DNA of 64,000 nt, from NCBI GenBank assembly GCA_963665325.3, contig OZ224045.1:352001-416000 (forward strand), read 5' to 3'. The first letter of the stretch is position 1, and every line of letters starts with the position of its first letter. The notes below the pieces were generated by a model. It made no database searches and was not told the DNA's origin. It saw only the letters and a program-made list of their open reading frames with translations. This document shows, piece after piece, positions 62,626 to 64,000 of this stretch. The DNA is from Alphaproteobacteria bacterium (GTDB lineage: Bacteria > Pseudomonadota > Alphaproteobacteria > Bin95). Both the position numbers and the translations under genes were made by a program.

Positions 62626-63609
62626 ATGCACCGCCTGTCTGTCGCGCCGATGATGGACCGGACGGACCGGCACTGCCGGTACTTCCACCGGGTGCTCTCG
62701 CGACAGGCGCGCCTCTACACCGAGATGCTGACCGCCGGTGCCGTCATCCACGGAGACCGGGACCGGCTACTCGGCTTCGATCCGGTCGAGCACCCCGTCG
62801 CGCTGCAACTCGGCGGGAGCGACCCGGACATGCTTGCCGAGGCATCGCGCATCGGCGAGCGCCTTGGCTATGACGAGATCAACCTGAACTGCGGCTGCCC
62901 GAGCGACCGTGTGAAGAAAGGCCGATTCGGAGCCGGCCTGATGGCGGAGCCGGAGCTTGTCGGCCGCTGCCTCGGCGCGATGCGCGAGGCGGTTTCGGTC
63001 CCGGTAACGGTCAAGTGCCGCGTCGGGATCGACGACCAGGACGACGACGCCCTCATGCGTTTTGGCGAGATCGTGCACGCGCTCTCCGGCGTTTCCGTCT
63101 TCATCGTCCATGCGCGCAAGGCCTGGCTCAAGGGCCTCAGCCCGAAACAGAACCGTGAAGTGCCGCCGCTGCGCTACGAGCTGGCGTTCGCCCTGAAGGC
63201 GGCCCGGCCGGACCTCTGCATCGTGTTGAATGGCGGCATTACCGATCTGGATGCTGCAGATGCCTTGCTGGCGGAGGGAGCGGTCGATGGCGTCATGCTG
63301 GGCCGCGCCGCCTATTCCGACCCCTGGCTTCTGGCCGATGCGGACCGCCGCCTGTTCGGGACGCAGAACCCGGTGACGGTGCGCCAGGAGGCGGTGGAAG
63401 CCCTGCTGCCCTACGCAGAGCGGCTGGCGGCGGACGGCGTCCGTCTGCATGCGCTGGCACGCCATATCCACGGGCTGTTCCAGGGCTGCCCCGGCGCACG
63501 CGCCTTCCGCCGCCACCTGGCCGAGAACGCGCACCTTCCCGGCGCAGGGCCCGAGGTGTTGGCGGCAGCCGCCAGCCTCGCTATCCCGCCCGACCGTCTG
63601 GCAGCCTGA
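62626..63609 (+). CDS. dusA: tRNA dihydrouridine(20/20a) synthase
   Basis: SVAPMMD.TDRHCR, LYTEM, NLNCGCPS, HARKAWL.GLSPKQNR, GVMLGR. Confidence 0.95.
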   Translation: MHRLSVAPMMDRTDRHCRYFHRVLSRQARLYTEMLTAGAVIHGDRDRLLGFDPVEHPVALQLGGSDPDMLAEASRIGERLGYDEINLNCGCPSDRVKKGRFGAGLMAEPELVGRCLGAMREAVSVPVTVKCRVGIDDQDDDALMRFGEIVHALSGVSVFIVHARKAWLKGLSPKQNREVPPLRYELAFALKAARPDLCIVLNGGITDLDAADALLAEGAVDGVMLGRAAYSDPWLLADADRRLFGTQNPVTVRQEAVEALLPYAERLAADGVRLHALARHIHGLFQGCPGARAFRRHLAENAHLPGAGPEVLAAAASLAIPPDRLAA

Positions 63610-63622
63610 AGGCATAATCCCA

Positions 63623-64000
63623 ATGAATCAGCTTGAATTAGGCGCACTTGAACAAGTGGAAGTCCGTCAAATTTGGCCGCACGAAGCGCACGACTTCACG
63701 CCATGGTTGGCGGACAACCTCGACAAGCTATCCGCCGTGTTGCATGTGGATCTTGAGCGTGAAGGCACTGAGGTACAAGTAGGGCGGTACAGAGCGGATA
63801 TTGTCGCCCGCATACCGCAAGATGACACGCGCGTACTCATTGAAAACCAAATCGACGAAGCCAACCTGCAGCATCTGGGGCAAGTGCTTGCCTATCTTGC
63901 CGGCTTAGACGCCGAAATCGTCGTCTGGATTGCGACCGGTTTTGACGAGGCGCACCTCTCCGCAATCCGTTGGCTGAACGAACACACGGCGGACCCGTTC
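63623..64000 (+). CDS. N-terminal part of a DUF4268-associated, PD-(D/E)xK endonuclease-like protein (runs off window end)
   Basis: MNQLELG..RQIWPHEAHDFTPWLADNL..E..VG.YRADI..VLIENQ..HLGQVLAYLAG..WLNE; absent from ORF track because it has no stop in the window. Confidence 0.78.
   Translation, partial: MNQLELGALEQVEVRQIWPHEAHDFTPWLADNLDKLSAVLHVDLEREGTEVQVGRYRADIVARIPQDDTRVLIENQIDEANLQHLGQVLAYLAGLDAEIVVWIATGFDEAHLSAIRWLNEHTADPF

Overview
GC-rich, very compact alphaproteobacterial chromosome segment. Gene order such as tyrS/anmK, chorismate mutase-hisC-tyrC, purE-purK, COQ9-like/rpsU and pepA-holC-ndk with lptFG-surA-pdxA-ksgA is typical of Alphaproteobacteria. It holds about 60 protein-coding genes: housekeeping genes, a purine-catabolism cluster (xdhAB, puuD, uraH, puuE-uraD, allE), many catabolic oxidoreductases and 2OG-Fe(II) dioxygenases, and one intact-looking IS5-family element. 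I recognised no tRNA, rRNA or CRISPR array. The most unusual signal lies in the two longest stretches free of recognisable genes (about 47.0-47.9 kb and 59.8-60.5 kb). These carry two diverged, oppositely oriented copies of one unannotated cassette with the order AT-rich sigma70-like promoter, hairpin, A-tract, conserved ~115-nt GC-rich multi-hairpin core, RBS, unrelated small ORF, CATGACA repeats at exact 10-bp phasing, and a CCCGG hairpin. Other oddities are lptD missing from its usual operon position, an NCS2 permease with altered signature residues and an extra C-terminal domain, and an Ltp2-like aldolase/DUF35 pair. All annotations come from reading motifs by eye; no database searches were run.
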